This document shows positions 20,518 to 31,287 of a DNA stretch of 64,000 bases, in pieces (position 1 is the first letter of the stretch; each line of letters begins with the position of its first letter). Made by a program: the position numbers and the translations under genes. The notes under the pieces were generated by a model that saw nothing but the letters and a program-made list of their open reading frames with translations, was not told the origin of the DNA and made no database searches. The stretch comes from Promethearchaeota archaeon (GTDB lineage: Archaea > Asgardarchaeota > Lokiarchaeia > Sigyniarchaeales > SOKP01): assembly GCA_029838195.1 (NCBI GenBank), contig JALGVJ010000007.1:79260-143259 (forward strand). The letters are read 5' to 3'.

Positions 20518-22137
20518 ATGCATTTTGATATTTTAATTAAAAATGCCAAAGTAATCGATGGTTCGGAAAATCCTTGGATGCCACGCGAGATTGGAATAAA
20601 AGAAGGAAAAATCATTAAAATTTTACCTAAATTGAAATCAGAAACCGCTGACAAAGTAATTAACGCTGGTGGCCTCATCACGTGTCCGGGTTTCATTAAC
20701 ATGCATTCGCACTCAGACATGCTCCTTCCTTTCTATAATAGAATGGATACTGCTATTCGGCAAGGAATCACCACGGAAGTAGTAGGAATGTGTGGCGAAT
20801 CTCTTGCACCCATTCCTTCGGAAAAAGTTGACGTGTTCAAAAAATTATTTGCTCCTCCCATGGGAGGTGAACTTAAAATCACGTGGGATACTTTTAAAAG
20901 TTATTTAAATGAAGTGAGTAAAATGCACGTGCCTTGTAATCTCGCATTTTGCGTGGGATTTAGCACTATTCGAGTAGCAGGTGGTCCAGGATTTGAAAAT
21001 CGATCTCCTACTGAAAAAGAAATGCAAACCATGAAATCGCTTGTAGCAGAAGCCATGGAAGCAGGCGCATTTGGCATGAGCACGGGCTTAATATATTCCC
21101 CTCAAGTATTTGCTAAAACGGAAGAAATAATTGAATTGGCTAAAGTTGTAGCGCAATATAATGGATTATATTTTTCCCATATTCGAGGTGAAGGAAATAC
21201 GTTAATTGAAGCGGTAAAAGAATTTATTGAAATAGTGGAGAAATCAGGAGTTGCTGGAGGTCAAATTGCTCATCATAAAGTTGCGGATAAGCGCCTTTGG
21301 GGGATGAGTAAAGAAACGCTCCGATTGATTGAAGAAGCGAATGAGCGAGGCTTGAGCATCACCTATGACCAATATCCATATAATAGAGGCCAATCAGGAC
21401 TCGTATCGACCTTGCCTCCTTGGACTCGAGAAGGAGGTCCCGATAAAATATTAGAACGATTAAAAGATCCCGAAATAAGAGAAAAAATAAAAACGGATAT
21501 CTTCGCTGATCAAAATAAATGGGAAAGTTGGATTAAAGCAGTAGGATTTGAACACGTGTACATTTCATTTCTAAAAAATAAAAATTGGAAAGATGTTGAG
21601 GGAAAAAATATCTCAGAAATAACAAAAATAAAAGGAAAAATTGACGAGTGGGAAACTTATTTCAAGCTATTAATCGATGAGAAAACAGACATTCCCATTA
21701 CGATTGAATCCATACACGAAGAAGACATTCGCAGGATCATGAAAGGAAGGTATCATATGGTTGGAACGGACGCTAACGCATTTAAACATTTACCAGGATT
21801 TAAAATCTTTCATCCTCGCACATATGGTACATACCCCAAAATTCTAGGAAAATATGTTAGAGATGAGGGTTTATTAACAATGGAAGAAGCGATAAGAAAA
21901 ATGACTTCCTTTCCTGCCCAGCGTTTAGGATTGAGAGACAGGGGATTGATTAGGGAAGGATATTGGGCAGATATCGTTATTTTTGATCCAATGACCGTGC
22001 GAGATAATGCTACATTCGAGGATCCTCATCAATTTCCTTCAGGTATAATCGATGTTATTGTGAATGGGGTTCTTGTCGTTGAAAATGAGAAACAAAAACG
22101 AAAATATCCTGGTAAAATTTTAAAAAGAACTCTCTAA
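20518..22137 (+). CDS. N-acyl-D-amino-acid deacylase (D-aminoacylase, amidohydrolase superfamily)
   Basis: PGFINMHSHSD, GITTEVVGMCG, GAFGMSTGLIY, SHIRGE, HPRTYGTYP and GYWADIVIFD. Confidence 0.9.
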   Translation: MHFDILIKNAKVIDGSENPWMPREIGIKEGKIIKILPKLKSETADKVINAGGLITCPGFINMHSHSDMLLPFYNRMDTAIRQGITTEVVGMCGESLAPIPSEKVDVFKKLFAPPMGGELKITWDTFKSYLNEVSKMHVPCNLAFCVGFSTIRVAGGPGFENRSPTEKEMQTMKSLVAEAMEAGAFGMSTGLIYSPQVFAKTEEIIELAKVVAQYNGLYFSHIRGEGNTLIEAVKEFIEIVEKSGVAGGQIAHHKVADKRLWGMSKETLRLIEEANERGLSITYDQYPYNRGQSGLVSTLPPWTREGGPDKILERLKDPEIREKIKTDIFADQNKWESWIKAVGFEHVYISFLKNKNWKDVEGKNISEITKIKGKIDEWETYFKLLIDEKTDIPITIESIHEEDIRRIMKGRYHMVGTDANAFKHLPGFKIFHPRTYGTYPKILGKYVRDEGLLTMEEAIRKMTSFPAQRLGLRDRGLIREGYWADIVIFDPMTVRDNATFEDPHQFPSGIIDVIVNGVLVVENEKQKRKYPGKILKRTL

Positions 22138-22386
22138 TATCCCTATTTATTATAAATTTTATTAAATACATGCCCATCATTTTATTAATTTAATTTTTTA
22201 CCCATGTTATAGTAAAGAAACCATACCAACCAACAATCTTATCTTTATTAATTAATCTCGCTTAATCTTATTTGAGAAATTAAAAAATCCCAGAAAAATT
22301 GAAGTATCAAAAACAACGGAACAATAACTAATCAGAATTTTTTCACCAGTTCGATAACATCATGATTTCTTAGATTTCAAGATTAA

Positions 22387-23793
22387 TTAAGAAAATTTTT
22401 CCATTAATGTTAAATGCTCTGGAAGGCTTATTCTCCAATAATATCCATTTTGAGCCGGGATGTCTCCTGCAGCGACCCAGGCTTCCTCTATTTCTGGTAT
22501 AAAAACACAAGACCAAAGACTCCATGCTTTATTACTAATAATTGGTCTTTCCGTTCCAAATAAATGTTTACACGTGGGGGCTAATTGAATTCTACCAGGC
22601 ATTCTTTCAATTGTAAAAACTTTATCGCTCTGAATTTCAATGGCTTTCGCCACATCAATTTTACCAAAATTTTTTTTTAATAATTCTCGATATCTTTCAT
22701 ATCTAGGACATTTCACATTTTTTCGCCATTTTTCTAAAGTATTGAAATCCTCTAAAGAAATGGGAGGATTTAAAAAATCTGGTAAATCTTTCTCATTCAT
22801 TTGGGCCCAATAAGTTGCTTGGCCGGGGATCATATTTATCCCATCGTATCCTTGAAATCCGGGATAACAAGTGAAAATATTAGTCACCCATATAACATCA
22901 GGAAATTCGGGATCTTCATATCTAAGAGCAATATCTTTTCCAGCGAGTTCTATATCAACTGCATGTGGGTTAGAGCCTTTTCCTTCTGCAATTAAATTTG
23001 CCCATCCGGTTGTTCCACCAGTTTTTTGAAGGATTGAATAAGCTTCTTTTATAGTGGATGCTTCTTGAGCAACCTTTCTTCCGTGCATTAAATGAGGAAT
23101 TTGAGGCCATTCTACATTAACTGAATTACAAGTCATTTCTCCATAACTTAATCCTTTATCGTTAATCCAAGAATTAGGAGATATATTACCCGCACAATGA
23201 ACTCCTAAAAAAACGTTCCCCTCTTTTGGTCTTGCAATCATAATACCCACGTAATTTTGCATCACATCAAACGTTTCAAAGTCCAAGTTTACACCATGTA
23301 TTACCATTCCATTAACCGCCGCAGTATTCCATGCTGCAAAATTACTACAATGTTGAAGGATCCAAGCATCTTCAGGCATGCAATTTCCAATGATAATATC
23401 TTCCCATTGAAGGGGGCTATTTGCTTCTTTTAACCCTTCATAGAGTCCTTTAAGTTCTTCCCAAAAATTAGGTGCTTGTTTCATAATGGCAGGAACACAT
23501 CGTTTATTAGCTAAGGCTAGGATGATTTCTTTTCCATGTTCCATTTGTTCTAAAGAAGGAACTTCCCCCGATGTTGGATCCCAACCACCAAATATGGCCG
23601 CTATTGGAGAGAAATATTCTGAAAAAAAATGCATTATTTTATCCGCATAGAGATATCCATGAGCTTTTCCCATCTCATGAGGTGTACCTTGAAGATATAA
23701 GATTGGGGGTCTGAATTTATCTTTAGGAAATTCAAGTAAAGTACATTTTTGATATGTAATAATGTTTGCATCCTCAATTCCCTTATTTACCAT
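22387..23793 (-). CDS. C45-family Ntn-hydrolase (autoproteolytic acyltransferase/peptidase)
   Basis: LQGTPHEMGKAHG N-terminus, HCSNFAAW nucleophile Cys and HGVNLDF. Confidence 0.75.
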   Translation of the reverse strand: MVNKGIEDANIITYQKCTLLEFPKDKFRPPILYLQGTPHEMGKAHGYLYADKIMHFFSEYFSPIAAIFGGWDPTSGEVPSLEQMEHGKEIILALANKRCVPAIMKQAPNFWEELKGLYEGLKEANSPLQWEDIIIGNCMPEDAWILQHCSNFAAWNTAAVNGMVIHGVNLDFETFDVMQNYVGIMIARPKEGNVFLGVHCAGNISPNSWINDKGLSYGEMTCNSVNVEWPQIPHLMHGRKVAQEASTIKEAYSILQKTGGTTGWANLIAEGKGSNPHAVDIELAGKDIALRYEDPEFPDVIWVTNIFTCYPGFQGYDGINMIPGQATYWAQMNEKDLPDFLNPPISLEDFNTLEKWRKNVKCPRYERYRELLKKNFGKIDVAKAIEIQSDKVFTIERMPGRIQLAPTCKHLFGTERPIISNKAWSLWSCVFIPEIEEAWVAAGDIPAQNGYYWRISLPEHLTLMEKFS

Positions 23794-23875
23794 TTTATCG
23801 CTTATTCTAATTGATATTCACCTAAAAAATCATAATAATGAATTCATAAAAATGAATAAATAATTTTTATTAAAC

Positions 23876-24577
23876 CTAGGAGCGTTTTGAAGATTCTAGT
23901 TGATTTTTGATTTGTTTTAAAATGAAAGCTTTATATTTTTCTTTAATCAAGCACCTATATTCTTCTATTGCTAATTTATTATGAGGTATAATGGGTTCCA
24001 AGATGGGATCGCTATGGTCAAATTCTCTGAGGACTTTTACAGCCCCATAAACTAAATTATAAAAATAATAAGATAATAATTCAGTATCTTTAATATCTAA
24101 TTCTTTAACGTCCACGGCTTCATCAATTAAATCTTGAATGAGATGCAAGATATTATATGATTGATAGCTTTTTTCAAACGGTCCTTTTTCCTTGGAAAGA
24201 GGAGGTGGAATAATGCTCATCATTTTATGACGAGAATAATCTTCAAAAGCAAAATTTAGATAAAATTCTGCAATTTTCAGAAATAAATCAACATAAGAAA
24301 TTTTTCCCCGATTTTTATTTATTAATTTTTTTAAACGATCAAGAAATTCTTCATAATATTTACTCCGAATAGCAATATATAATTCTCTTTTACTTTTCAC
24401 ATAATTATAGAGATTACCTTCTGACATGCCTAAGAACCTTGCTAGAGCTCGCATGCCAAATCCTTCCCATCCTTTTTCCTTGTACAATTTACTCCCAGCA
24501 TTAATGATCTCTTGGAGTTTTTTTAATTTCTCTTCCTTGCTCCTGCTCCTTTTTTTCTTCTGCTGAGTGTTTATCAT
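23876..24577 (-). CDS. TetR/AcrR family regulator
   Basis: N-terminal HTH: GWEGFGMRALARFLGMSEGNLYNYVKSKRELY. Confidence 0.9.
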   Translation of the reverse strand: MINTQQKKKRSRSKEEKLKKLQEIINAGSKLYKEKGWEGFGMRALARFLGMSEGNLYNYVKSKRELYIAIRSKYYEEFLDRLKKLINKNRGKISYVDLFLKIAEFYLNFAFEDYSRHKMMSIIPPPLSKEKGPFEKSYQSYNILHLIQDLIDEAVDVKELDIKDTELLSYYFYNLVYGAVKVLREFDHSDPILEPIIPHNKLAIEEYRCLIKEKYKAFILKQIKNQLESSKRS

Positions 24578-24619
24578 AATTGATTTTACTTTTCCTTACA
24601 AATTTTTTAATATATTTTT

Positions 24620-24634
24620 ATGAACATTGTTTAT
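24620..24634. promoter_or_regulatory. candidate TetR operator (ATGAACA-T-TGTTTAT)
   Basis: Near-palindrome 43 bp upstream of tetR; matches the site at 28128. Confidence 0.55.
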
Positions 24635-24832
24635 TGAAAGAATTTTGTTTATAAATAAATATGTAATTAATACTAAATTCTTGTTAAATATAAATTTGGT
24701 TTTTAATTAACATTGAACTGCAAAATAAATTTCTAATTATTTCATGATAATAAATTATCCCACATAATAATCATGGGATTATACTCAAGATTGTTATGTA
24801 AATAAAAGATAATATGGCATTCATAAAGTTAA

Positions 24833-25732
24833 TTATAACTCATTTTTTAATAACACAAATCCATTTTTAATCACTTTTTTCTTATCTTCATTACTTACCT
24901 CAAAAAATAATTCTGAAGTTCTTTCTTTCGTGTTTTTACCTAATAGATTAATTTGAATATTCGTAGCAGGGAATACAAATCCAGTAAATTTACATGCGAT
25001 TTCTTGTATTTTATGAGGATTTTTATTAGCTTCTCGATTTATGATTTCCTTTACGGCGAACGCTAAAGTGGCAGTTCCTTGTAGAATTATATCCCGTAAT
25101 CCTACAAAATGGGCAAATTTTTTCGAGGTATGAATGGGAAAGAAAATATTTGTACATCCATCATAAATAAAAGATCTCAGTTTATCTACATGAATAGTCG
25201 TATCCCAAATAGGATTGCCACTCGGCTTATATGGGGGAATAATTGGCAAGTTTTCCATGCCTTTAGGTTCTCCCTTACATTCAATCCCTCGTAATAATCC
25301 TCCCATGAATTCGGTGAATACAAGTTCTTCTTGTTTATCTCGCGCTTCGAATTGTTGGATAACTAAGGTTCCTGCTCGATGAGGTAATAGGGCAACGATT
25401 TTGCCTTTAATTTTTAATTGATCTCCTGATTGAATTAACCGATGAATTATGAGATGTTCATAATAATGAACTACCCTCTTAAAAACCTTTATGGGAAATT
25501 TCTTTGATATAATAAATTCAGAAAGATTTTCTATAATTGGCCAAGTGACTGCAACTGCGAACATTGGATGGGCTACAATACCATCTTCTCTTTCATCATT
25601 AAAATAATAGGGATTATCGTCATTAATAGCGGCCGCATAATTCATTATGCTTCTCCAATCAATTTGAGTCGTGTATTCCTTATATGGTGTATTAACTAAT
25701 TCAGTATCAATTTTCACGCTAAATTTCCTCAA
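24833..25732 (-). CDS. double hot-dog MaoC-like dehydratase
   Basis: YAAAINDDNPYY and AHPMF in the first domain; FFPIHTS...ILQGTAT and KFTGFVFP in the second. Confidence 0.8.
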   Translation of the reverse strand: MRKFSVKIDTELVNTPYKEYTTQIDWRSIMNYAAAINDDNPYYFNDEREDGIVAHPMFAVAVTWPIIENLSEFIISKKFPIKVFKRVVHYYEHLIIHRLIQSGDQLKIKGKIVALLPHRAGTLVIQQFEARDKQEELVFTEFMGGLLRGIECKGEPKGMENLPIIPPYKPSGNPIWDTTIHVDKLRSFIYDGCTNIFFPIHTSKKFAHFVGLRDIILQGTATLAFAVKEIINREANKNPHKIQEIACKFTGFVFPATNIQINLLGKNTKERTSELFFEVSNEDKKKVIKNGFVLLKNEL

Positions 25733-25742
25733 TTTATCCTGT

Positions 25743-26843
25743 TTATTTTTTGAGAATAACTCGAGACCAGCGAGTTAAGATATTTGCCCAGAGAGGATTT
25801 CCAGCACTACTATTAATCAAAATAACGATTCCTTCCTTCAATTGAGGGACGATGACTAACATGCTACGCCATCCAATATGACCTCCACTATGTTGGACAA
25901 TTTTCACCCCATCAATTTCAGTAATAAAATGACCTAATCCATATTTCCATTGATATCCAAAATCATCTCCGGCATCAATAATTCCCGTGTACATTAATTC
26001 AATTGATTCAGGGTTTAGAACATTTCTTCCGGGTAATTCTCCATTAGGGCCCTCCATACCAGCTATTCCAAATTTTGCAAGATCTTCTACTGTGGAATTA
26101 AGGCCTCCTGCTGCCTTCGCTTCAAATTTATAATGAGGAAGGGGGTTCAATTCCTCATCATATGGAGTTGCAAATAAAGATAGGTCTCGATATTCAAAAC
26201 TGGAAGATTCCATTCCTAATGGCTTTAAAATTTCAATTTCCATGAATTTACTGAAACTTGTTCCTGTTACTTCTTCAATAATAAGTTGTAAAATCGAATA
26301 TCCTCCTCCCGAATACAAGAATTCCTTTCCTGGTTTTAGAATAACTCTAACTGGCTTTTCTTCTTTATGGGGATCAAGCTTCCAAGTTTCACTATATTTA
26401 AGCTGATACTCATCCTTAGGTCCTGGAGTTTTACCGTTTAGAGATTCTTCAATTGAAAGTAATTCGTATTTTGGTTGATGTCCTTGATATCCAGAGAGAG
26501 ATAACCCTGCGCTATGACTTAATACTCTCTTGATGGTAACCTTATCATGATTAAATTCAGAGGGAGGTAAATGCCAGCGAGTTAAATATTTTTCTATAGG
26601 AGCTTCTAAATCAATTTTTTTTTTCTCTACTAATTTTATGATTCCCCATGCTGAAACTGCCTTTGATATTGAAGCAACTTGAAACCAAGTTTTTTCGGTT
26701 ATTGGTATCTTTTCTTCAATGTTAGCAAATCCATAGGTTTTGATTGATGCAATTTTTGAGTTGGAAATGAATGCTATCGCAACTCCAGGAATTTTATATC
26801 TCTCCAATAGTTTTGAAACTATTTTATCTAGTCTTTTAATCAT
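25743..26843 (-). CDS. class C beta-lactamase-like serine hydrolase (D-peptidase/esterase family)
   Basis: FQVASISK (SxxK), LSHSAGL, FLYSGGGY and HSGG; no signal peptide evident. Confidence 0.88.
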   Translation of the reverse strand: MIKRLDKIVSKLLERYKIPGVAIAFISNSKIASIKTYGFANIEEKIPITEKTWFQVASISKAVSAWGIIKLVEKKKIDLEAPIEKYLTRWHLPPSEFNHDKVTIKRVLSHSAGLSLSGYQGHQPKYELLSIEESLNGKTPGPKDEYQLKYSETWKLDPHKEEKPVRVILKPGKEFLYSGGGYSILQLIIEEVTGTSFSKFMEIEILKPLGMESSSFEYRDLSLFATPYDEELNPLPHYKFEAKAAGGLNSTVEDLAKFGIAGMEGPNGELPGRNVLNPESIELMYTGIIDAGDDFGYQWKYGLGHFITEIDGVKIVQHSGGHIGWRSMLVIVPQLKEGIVILINSSAGNPLWANILTRWSRVILKK

Positions 26844-26902
26844 GATTCTTCTTATATGTTATCTAATTGATTTTTTTTAAATATAATTTGAAATTCTTGA
26901 AG

Positions 26903-28006
26903 TCAAGGAATGAGAAAATTTCCTTTCTCATAAATTAACTTTCCATCCGCAAAGATTTGCCCATTTTCTTTCATATCACATAATAAATCTTTATGAATAG
27001 CACTTTTGTTTTGACTTCCCGTTTCCGGATAGCCATTCCCTATAGCTATATGAATCGTACCTCCTATCTTCTCATCAAATAAGATATTTCCTATAAATGT
27101 ATCAAGCCCCCAATTAGTCCCTATAGCTACTTCCCCCAATTTTCGGGCTCCCGGCACATGTAATAAAGCATCCAATGCCTCTTGACCATTGCTTGCTCTT
27201 GCCTCAATTATTTCTCCATTCTTAAACTCGAATTCAATATCTTCTATTACATGTGATTTGTCAATTGTAGGATAAGAAAATTTTATATGACCATTAACCG
27301 AATCTTCTACTGGACCTGTAAAAATTTCTCCATCTGGTAAATTTCCCCTCCCATCACTATTAATCCATTTTCTTCCTTTCACGGACATTGAAATATCAGT
27401 ATCCTTGTTAATAATCCGTATATTATCAACAGAATTTAAATGTTCACAGTAAATTTCTTGTTTATCATGTAGTTGTTTCCAAGAAGCAATTGGATCTTCT
27501 CTATCTAAAAAACATCCTTTCACGATGATCTTAGCCAATTCTTCTTGACTTAGATTCGCTTCTTGAGCCATAGCGTTCGTAGGATAAGGTATCATGGTCC
27601 ATTTTAATTGATCTTTCGCTTGCCGTTCATAAAAAATGTTCATGATCTCCGCACTTGCCATTTTTTTCTGCTGGATTTTATGAGAAGGAATAGTTGATAA
27701 TTCCCTCGTATTCATTTTTCCTTCAATGAGAATGAGAGCATCTATTTTTTGCATCAGATTTAATTCGAAAGGATCTAAGAAATTTAATTGCTCTTGGTTT
27801 GCTTCTAGATAAAAAATATATTCCATTTCCGGAAATTCTATATAAGGGCGAATGGGATGAGCACCTACCTTCAGAATTTCTCTATATAATTCTTTAATAA
27901 GTGGGATTGCTTCTGATGCACCAATAATTAATACCTTATCTCTGCGTTCTATACTTGCACTATATGTGATTACAAACTTCGCATATTGATTAAAATCTAA
28001 TATCAT
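26903..28006 (-). CDS. M29 aminopeptidase (AmpS/AmpT-like)
   Basis: NLPDGEIFTGP, LGEVAIG, LFDEKIGGTIHIAIG and SAIHKD. Confidence 0.92.
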   Translation of the reverse strand: MILDFNQYAKFVITYSASIERRDKVLIIGASEAIPLIKELYREILKVGAHPIRPYIEFPEMEYIFYLEANQEQLNFLDPFELNLMQKIDALILIEGKMNTRELSTIPSHKIQQKKMASAEIMNIFYERQAKDQLKWTMIPYPTNAMAQEANLSQEELAKIIVKGCFLDREDPIASWKQLHDKQEIYCEHLNSVDNIRIINKDTDISMSVKGRKWINSDGRGNLPDGEIFTGPVEDSVNGHIKFSYPTIDKSHVIEDIEFEFKNGEIIEARASNGQEALDALLHVPGARKLGEVAIGTNWGLDTFIGNILFDEKIGGTIHIAIGNGYPETGSQNKSAIHKDLLCDMKENGQIFADGKLIYEKGNFLIP

Positions 28007-28127
28007 GAGAGCTCGTGCCTTAATAAAAATTTAAACTATTAAATGAACATTGATCTTGTTTTGGAAATATTTAATTTAATAATTATTCCTATTATTATTT
28101 ATAATTTTTTATTTTTTCATATTGATC

Positions 28128-28142
28128 GTGAACAGTGTTCAT
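28128..28142. promoter_or_regulatory. candidate TetR operator (GTGAACA-G-TGTTCAT)
   Basis: TGAACA-N-TGTTCA palindrome in the divergent promoter region between the aminopeptidase and MFS genes; a weaker copy lies at 28043..28057. Confidence 0.55.
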
Positions 28143-28230
28143 TAAAAAGAGAAAATTTAAATAAGAATTAAACTAACCATTAATTTAAGAATAAAATTTA
28201 ATAGAAAATACAACATCGATCGTGAACTAA

Positions 28231-29655
28231 ATGAGTAATGAATATGAATTAAACAGGCACTCAAAAAAAACCTATCTCTCATTCGGGATGACCCGCTTTA
28301 CTATGACTTTTGTATTTGCACCTATTGATCTCTTTTTACTATTTTATTACGTTCAAGTGATCGGATTAAATGTAGGCTTTTATGCAATTGCCCTATTAAT
28401 TTTTTCCGTATGGGATGCTGTTGATGATCCAATTATCGCTTGGTTAATTGATAGAAATTTCAAATGGACCGCAAAATGGGGTAGAAGATTCCCATGGATT
28501 GTGATTGGTTCCCTTCCGTGGGCTATTGGACTCTTTCTATTATTTTCAGTACCCCCCTTGCCCCCCGCTTCTGTGGATCCCTTTCCAACTTTTCTATGGT
28601 TAATAGTTGCATTATTTATTTTCGATTTATTTGGTGCTATTGCAATGATTAACATTCAATTACTCTTCCCTGATAAATTCAGAACAGAAGAGGAGCGAAG
28701 ACTTTTGATGGGCTACAACACGCCCATTTCCATGATAGCTATTGCAATTGGAATGTTAATACCGCCCTTACTTTTAAGGGGTCAAGATGTTGCCAATTAT
28801 AGAACCATGGGATTGATAGTGACTCTTATCACGCTAATCTCAGTTGTATTATATCTCCCCGGCTGTCGTGAAGATCAACAAGTTAAAGAACTCTATCTGG
28901 CAGATAATTCACCTCGCATAAGTTTACTCAAGGGATATTGGTCGGTCATTAAAATGAAAAGTTTTTGGATGCAATTCTTAGCAACAGTCATGTACATGAC
29001 GGTAAATGGTATTTTAATGGGATTACTGGTATATATTTTTACTTTTGAATTTAATAATCCTGGACTCATGATAATGGCGTTAGCCGTGTGGCTTTTGGCG
29101 GCCATTTGTTCTGTTCCCGTATGGATTAAATTAGCGAAAAAATACCAAAATACGAAAAAAATATATACTTTAGGAATGGTGATTTATGGAGTAGCTTTTG
29201 GAATATTTTTCTTCTATTTTGATCTTATTTCCTTATTGATATTTGCAGCCATTTTAGGATTTACAGTTGGAAACATGTGGACATTCAATAATCTAATTTA
29301 TGCTCATGTTCTGGATGAACACATGGTAAGAACGGGTAAGAATCAAAAAGGCATGGTCCAAGGAGTTAACGCAATATTTAATCGTCTCGCAGCTACCATT
29401 GATACATATCTTATTGCTTTTGTATTTGGAATCACGGGATTCGCTGCTTACGCTGGAGTTACAACCTTGGAAGAGCTTCAAGCAGTAGCCACAACTGAAC
29501 AAATACAAAGATTTATATTTGGATTTCATGTCTTAATAGGCATCATTCCCATGATCTTGCTCCTCGTGGGTGCTTTAATTTTTTGGTTCATATATCCTTT
29601 GGATAAAGAGACGGTTTTTAAACTAAAAGAAAAGATTAAAGAATTGAAGCTTTAA
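28231..29655 (+). CDS. GPH/MelB-like MFS transporter
   Basis: WDAVDDPIIAWLID, WGRRFPWI and about 12 TM helices. Confidence 0.88.
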   Translation: MSNEYELNRHSKKTYLSFGMTRFTMTFVFAPIDLFLLFYYVQVIGLNVGFYAIALLIFSVWDAVDDPIIAWLIDRNFKWTAKWGRRFPWIVIGSLPWAIGLFLLFSVPPLPPASVDPFPTFLWLIVALFIFDLFGAIAMINIQLLFPDKFRTEEERRLLMGYNTPISMIAIAIGMLIPPLLLRGQDVANYRTMGLIVTLITLISVVLYLPGCREDQQVKELYLADNSPRISLLKGYWSVIKMKSFWMQFLATVMYMTVNGILMGLLVYIFTFEFNNPGLMIMALAVWLLAAICSVPVWIKLAKKYQNTKKIYTLGMVIYGVAFGIFFFYFDLISLLIFAAILGFTVGNMWTFNNLIYAHVLDEHMVRTGKNQKGMVQGVNAIFNRLAATIDTYLIAFVFGITGFAAYAGVTTLEELQAVATTEQIQRFIFGFHVLIGIIPMILLLVGALIFWFIYPLDKETVFKLKEKIKELKL

Positions 29656-29669
29656 TTTTTTAAAATAAC

Positions 29670-30791
29670 TTATTTTTTTTCTAATAATTCTTGTAATAAC
29701 TCATCTATTAAGTTGAGCCCTTCCAAGAGCTCTTCTTTTTTAGTCCCAATTCCAATTCTTAAATAATTATCCATTCCAAAGCAATCTCCAGGAACAACGA
29801 ATACATCTTTTTTCTCACGCAATTTAATCGATAATTCCGAAGAATTCATGGGAAAGTTATATCTGAGAAAAGCGATTCCTCCTGCTTGAGGAGAAATGAA
29901 ATGAAAGAGATTTTCATGTTTCTTGACCCATTTTTTCATGATTTTTAGATTTTCTTTCAACATTTCACGATTTCGCGATAAGATCTTTTCTCTTAAAGGA
30001 GATTGTAAAACGCGGCTGGCTACGAATTGGCTAATCAATCCCGTTGTAATGGTAGTATAATCACTATAACTCCATAATTTTTCAATTTCGTTTTTTGGGC
30101 CAACCAGCCAACCTAATCTCAACCCTTGAAGAGAATAAGCTTTCGAGAGTCCTCCATTAACGATCACTTTATCATAAAGCCCCCAAAAGGAAGGAGTTTC
30201 TTTCTCGATTAATTCAGCCCCTCGATAAATTTCATCCACATACAACCAAATATCAGCTTTTTTAGCAATATCTACAATGAATTCCATGGATTTTTCATTA
30301 AGAACCGCCCCGGTAGGATTATTAGGATTACAAAGCGAAATCAATTTTGTCCGAGGTGAGAGCAATGGTTCAATCTCTTTAAATTCTGGTTGCCAATCCA
30401 ATTCTTCTTTTAAATGAAAAGGTTTGACTGTTATTCCGAAGGAACGGGCAAGTCCATGAAGTTGCATGTAATTTGGCAACATAAAAATCATCTCATCACC
30501 CGGCTCTAACAAACACCACGCTACTAAAAAGTTAGCTTCTGCTGAACCATTAGTAATTAAAATATTATCTAAATTAGCTCCAGGATAAAGGCTGCTTATG
30601 ATTTCTCTTAGCTCAATTGAACCATTAGTCTGACCATAACCTAATGGTAAATTAAGAAGTTCTTCAATTTCATCATCATTTAATATTTCACGAAGAGAAC
30701 ATGGATGTATTCCACTTTCAGTCAAATTATATTTCACTAAATTTTCCCATAGCGATTGTGTCCGTTCTAATTTAAATTCTTCAATTTTCAT
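29670..30791 (-). CDS. class I/II PLP aminotransferase
   Basis: CNPNNPTG, DEIYRG and GLSKAYSLQGLRLGW. Confidence 0.92.
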   Translation of the reverse strand: MKIEEFKLERTQSLWENLVKYNLTESGIHPCSLREILNDDEIEELLNLPLGYGQTNGSIELREIISSLYPGANLDNILITNGSAEANFLVAWCLLEPGDEMIFMLPNYMQLHGLARSFGITVKPFHLKEELDWQPEFKEIEPLLSPRTKLISLCNPNNPTGAVLNEKSMEFIVDIAKKADIWLYVDEIYRGAELIEKETPSFWGLYDKVIVNGGLSKAYSLQGLRLGWLVGPKNEIEKLWSYSDYTTITTGLISQFVASRVLQSPLREKILSRNREMLKENLKIMKKWVKKHENLFHFISPQAGGIAFLRYNFPMNSSELSIKLREKKDVFVVPGDCFGMDNYLRIGIGTKKEELLEGLNLIDELLQELLEKK

Positions 30792-30953
30792 GTGTTTGCA
30801 CCACGTTTACTAAAGAAGGGTTTGCTCCTTAATAATATTTATGAAAAAAATTTCATAAAAACCTATTATCGGTTAAATTAAACGACTCTTTTCCATCCTC
30901 CAAGTAAGACCATAACAAGAGAAATGAAAATAAAAAAAATATTGGAAATTGAA

Positions 30954-31259
30954 TTATTTAACTTTATTTAGAGCTTCCTTCAAAATTATTTCAAATTTCT
31001 CCAGAATAAAATCACAGTTTTCATCCGTAATGATGAGTAGAGGCTTAATTTTAACTACATTGTGGCATAAAACCTCTCCTTTCGCATTCAAGTACGGCAT
31101 ACTCTCCCCAAGATAGAGTCCATGTTCCGGCGCTATAAGAATCATTTGTTCACACAAATCATTAAAAGGTTCTCGAGGGTCTCTATTCTTTACTAATTCC
31201 ACTCCGATAAAAAGCCCTGCTCCTCGAACATCTCCAATGACTTTAAATCCCTCTTGCAT
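30954..31259 (-). pseudogene. C-terminal remnant of a class III aminotransferase
   Basis: IGDVRGAGLFIGVELV...NVVKIKPLLI is the C-terminal subdomain only; there is no room upstream for the PLP domain. Confidence 0.8.
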
Positions 31260-31261
31260 CT

Positions 31262-31287
31262 AATGCCGTTAAAATGCCGTTAAAATG
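31262..31287. repeat. 11-bp tandem duplication (AATGCCGTTAA x2 + AATG)
   Basis: Directly visible, at the truncation point of the aminotransferase remnant. Confidence 0.8.

Noticed and set aside
25743-26843. Bona fide antibiotic-resistance beta-lactamase
   Set aside because: No signal peptide is evident, and the family includes many peptidases and esterases; activity cannot be assigned from motifs.
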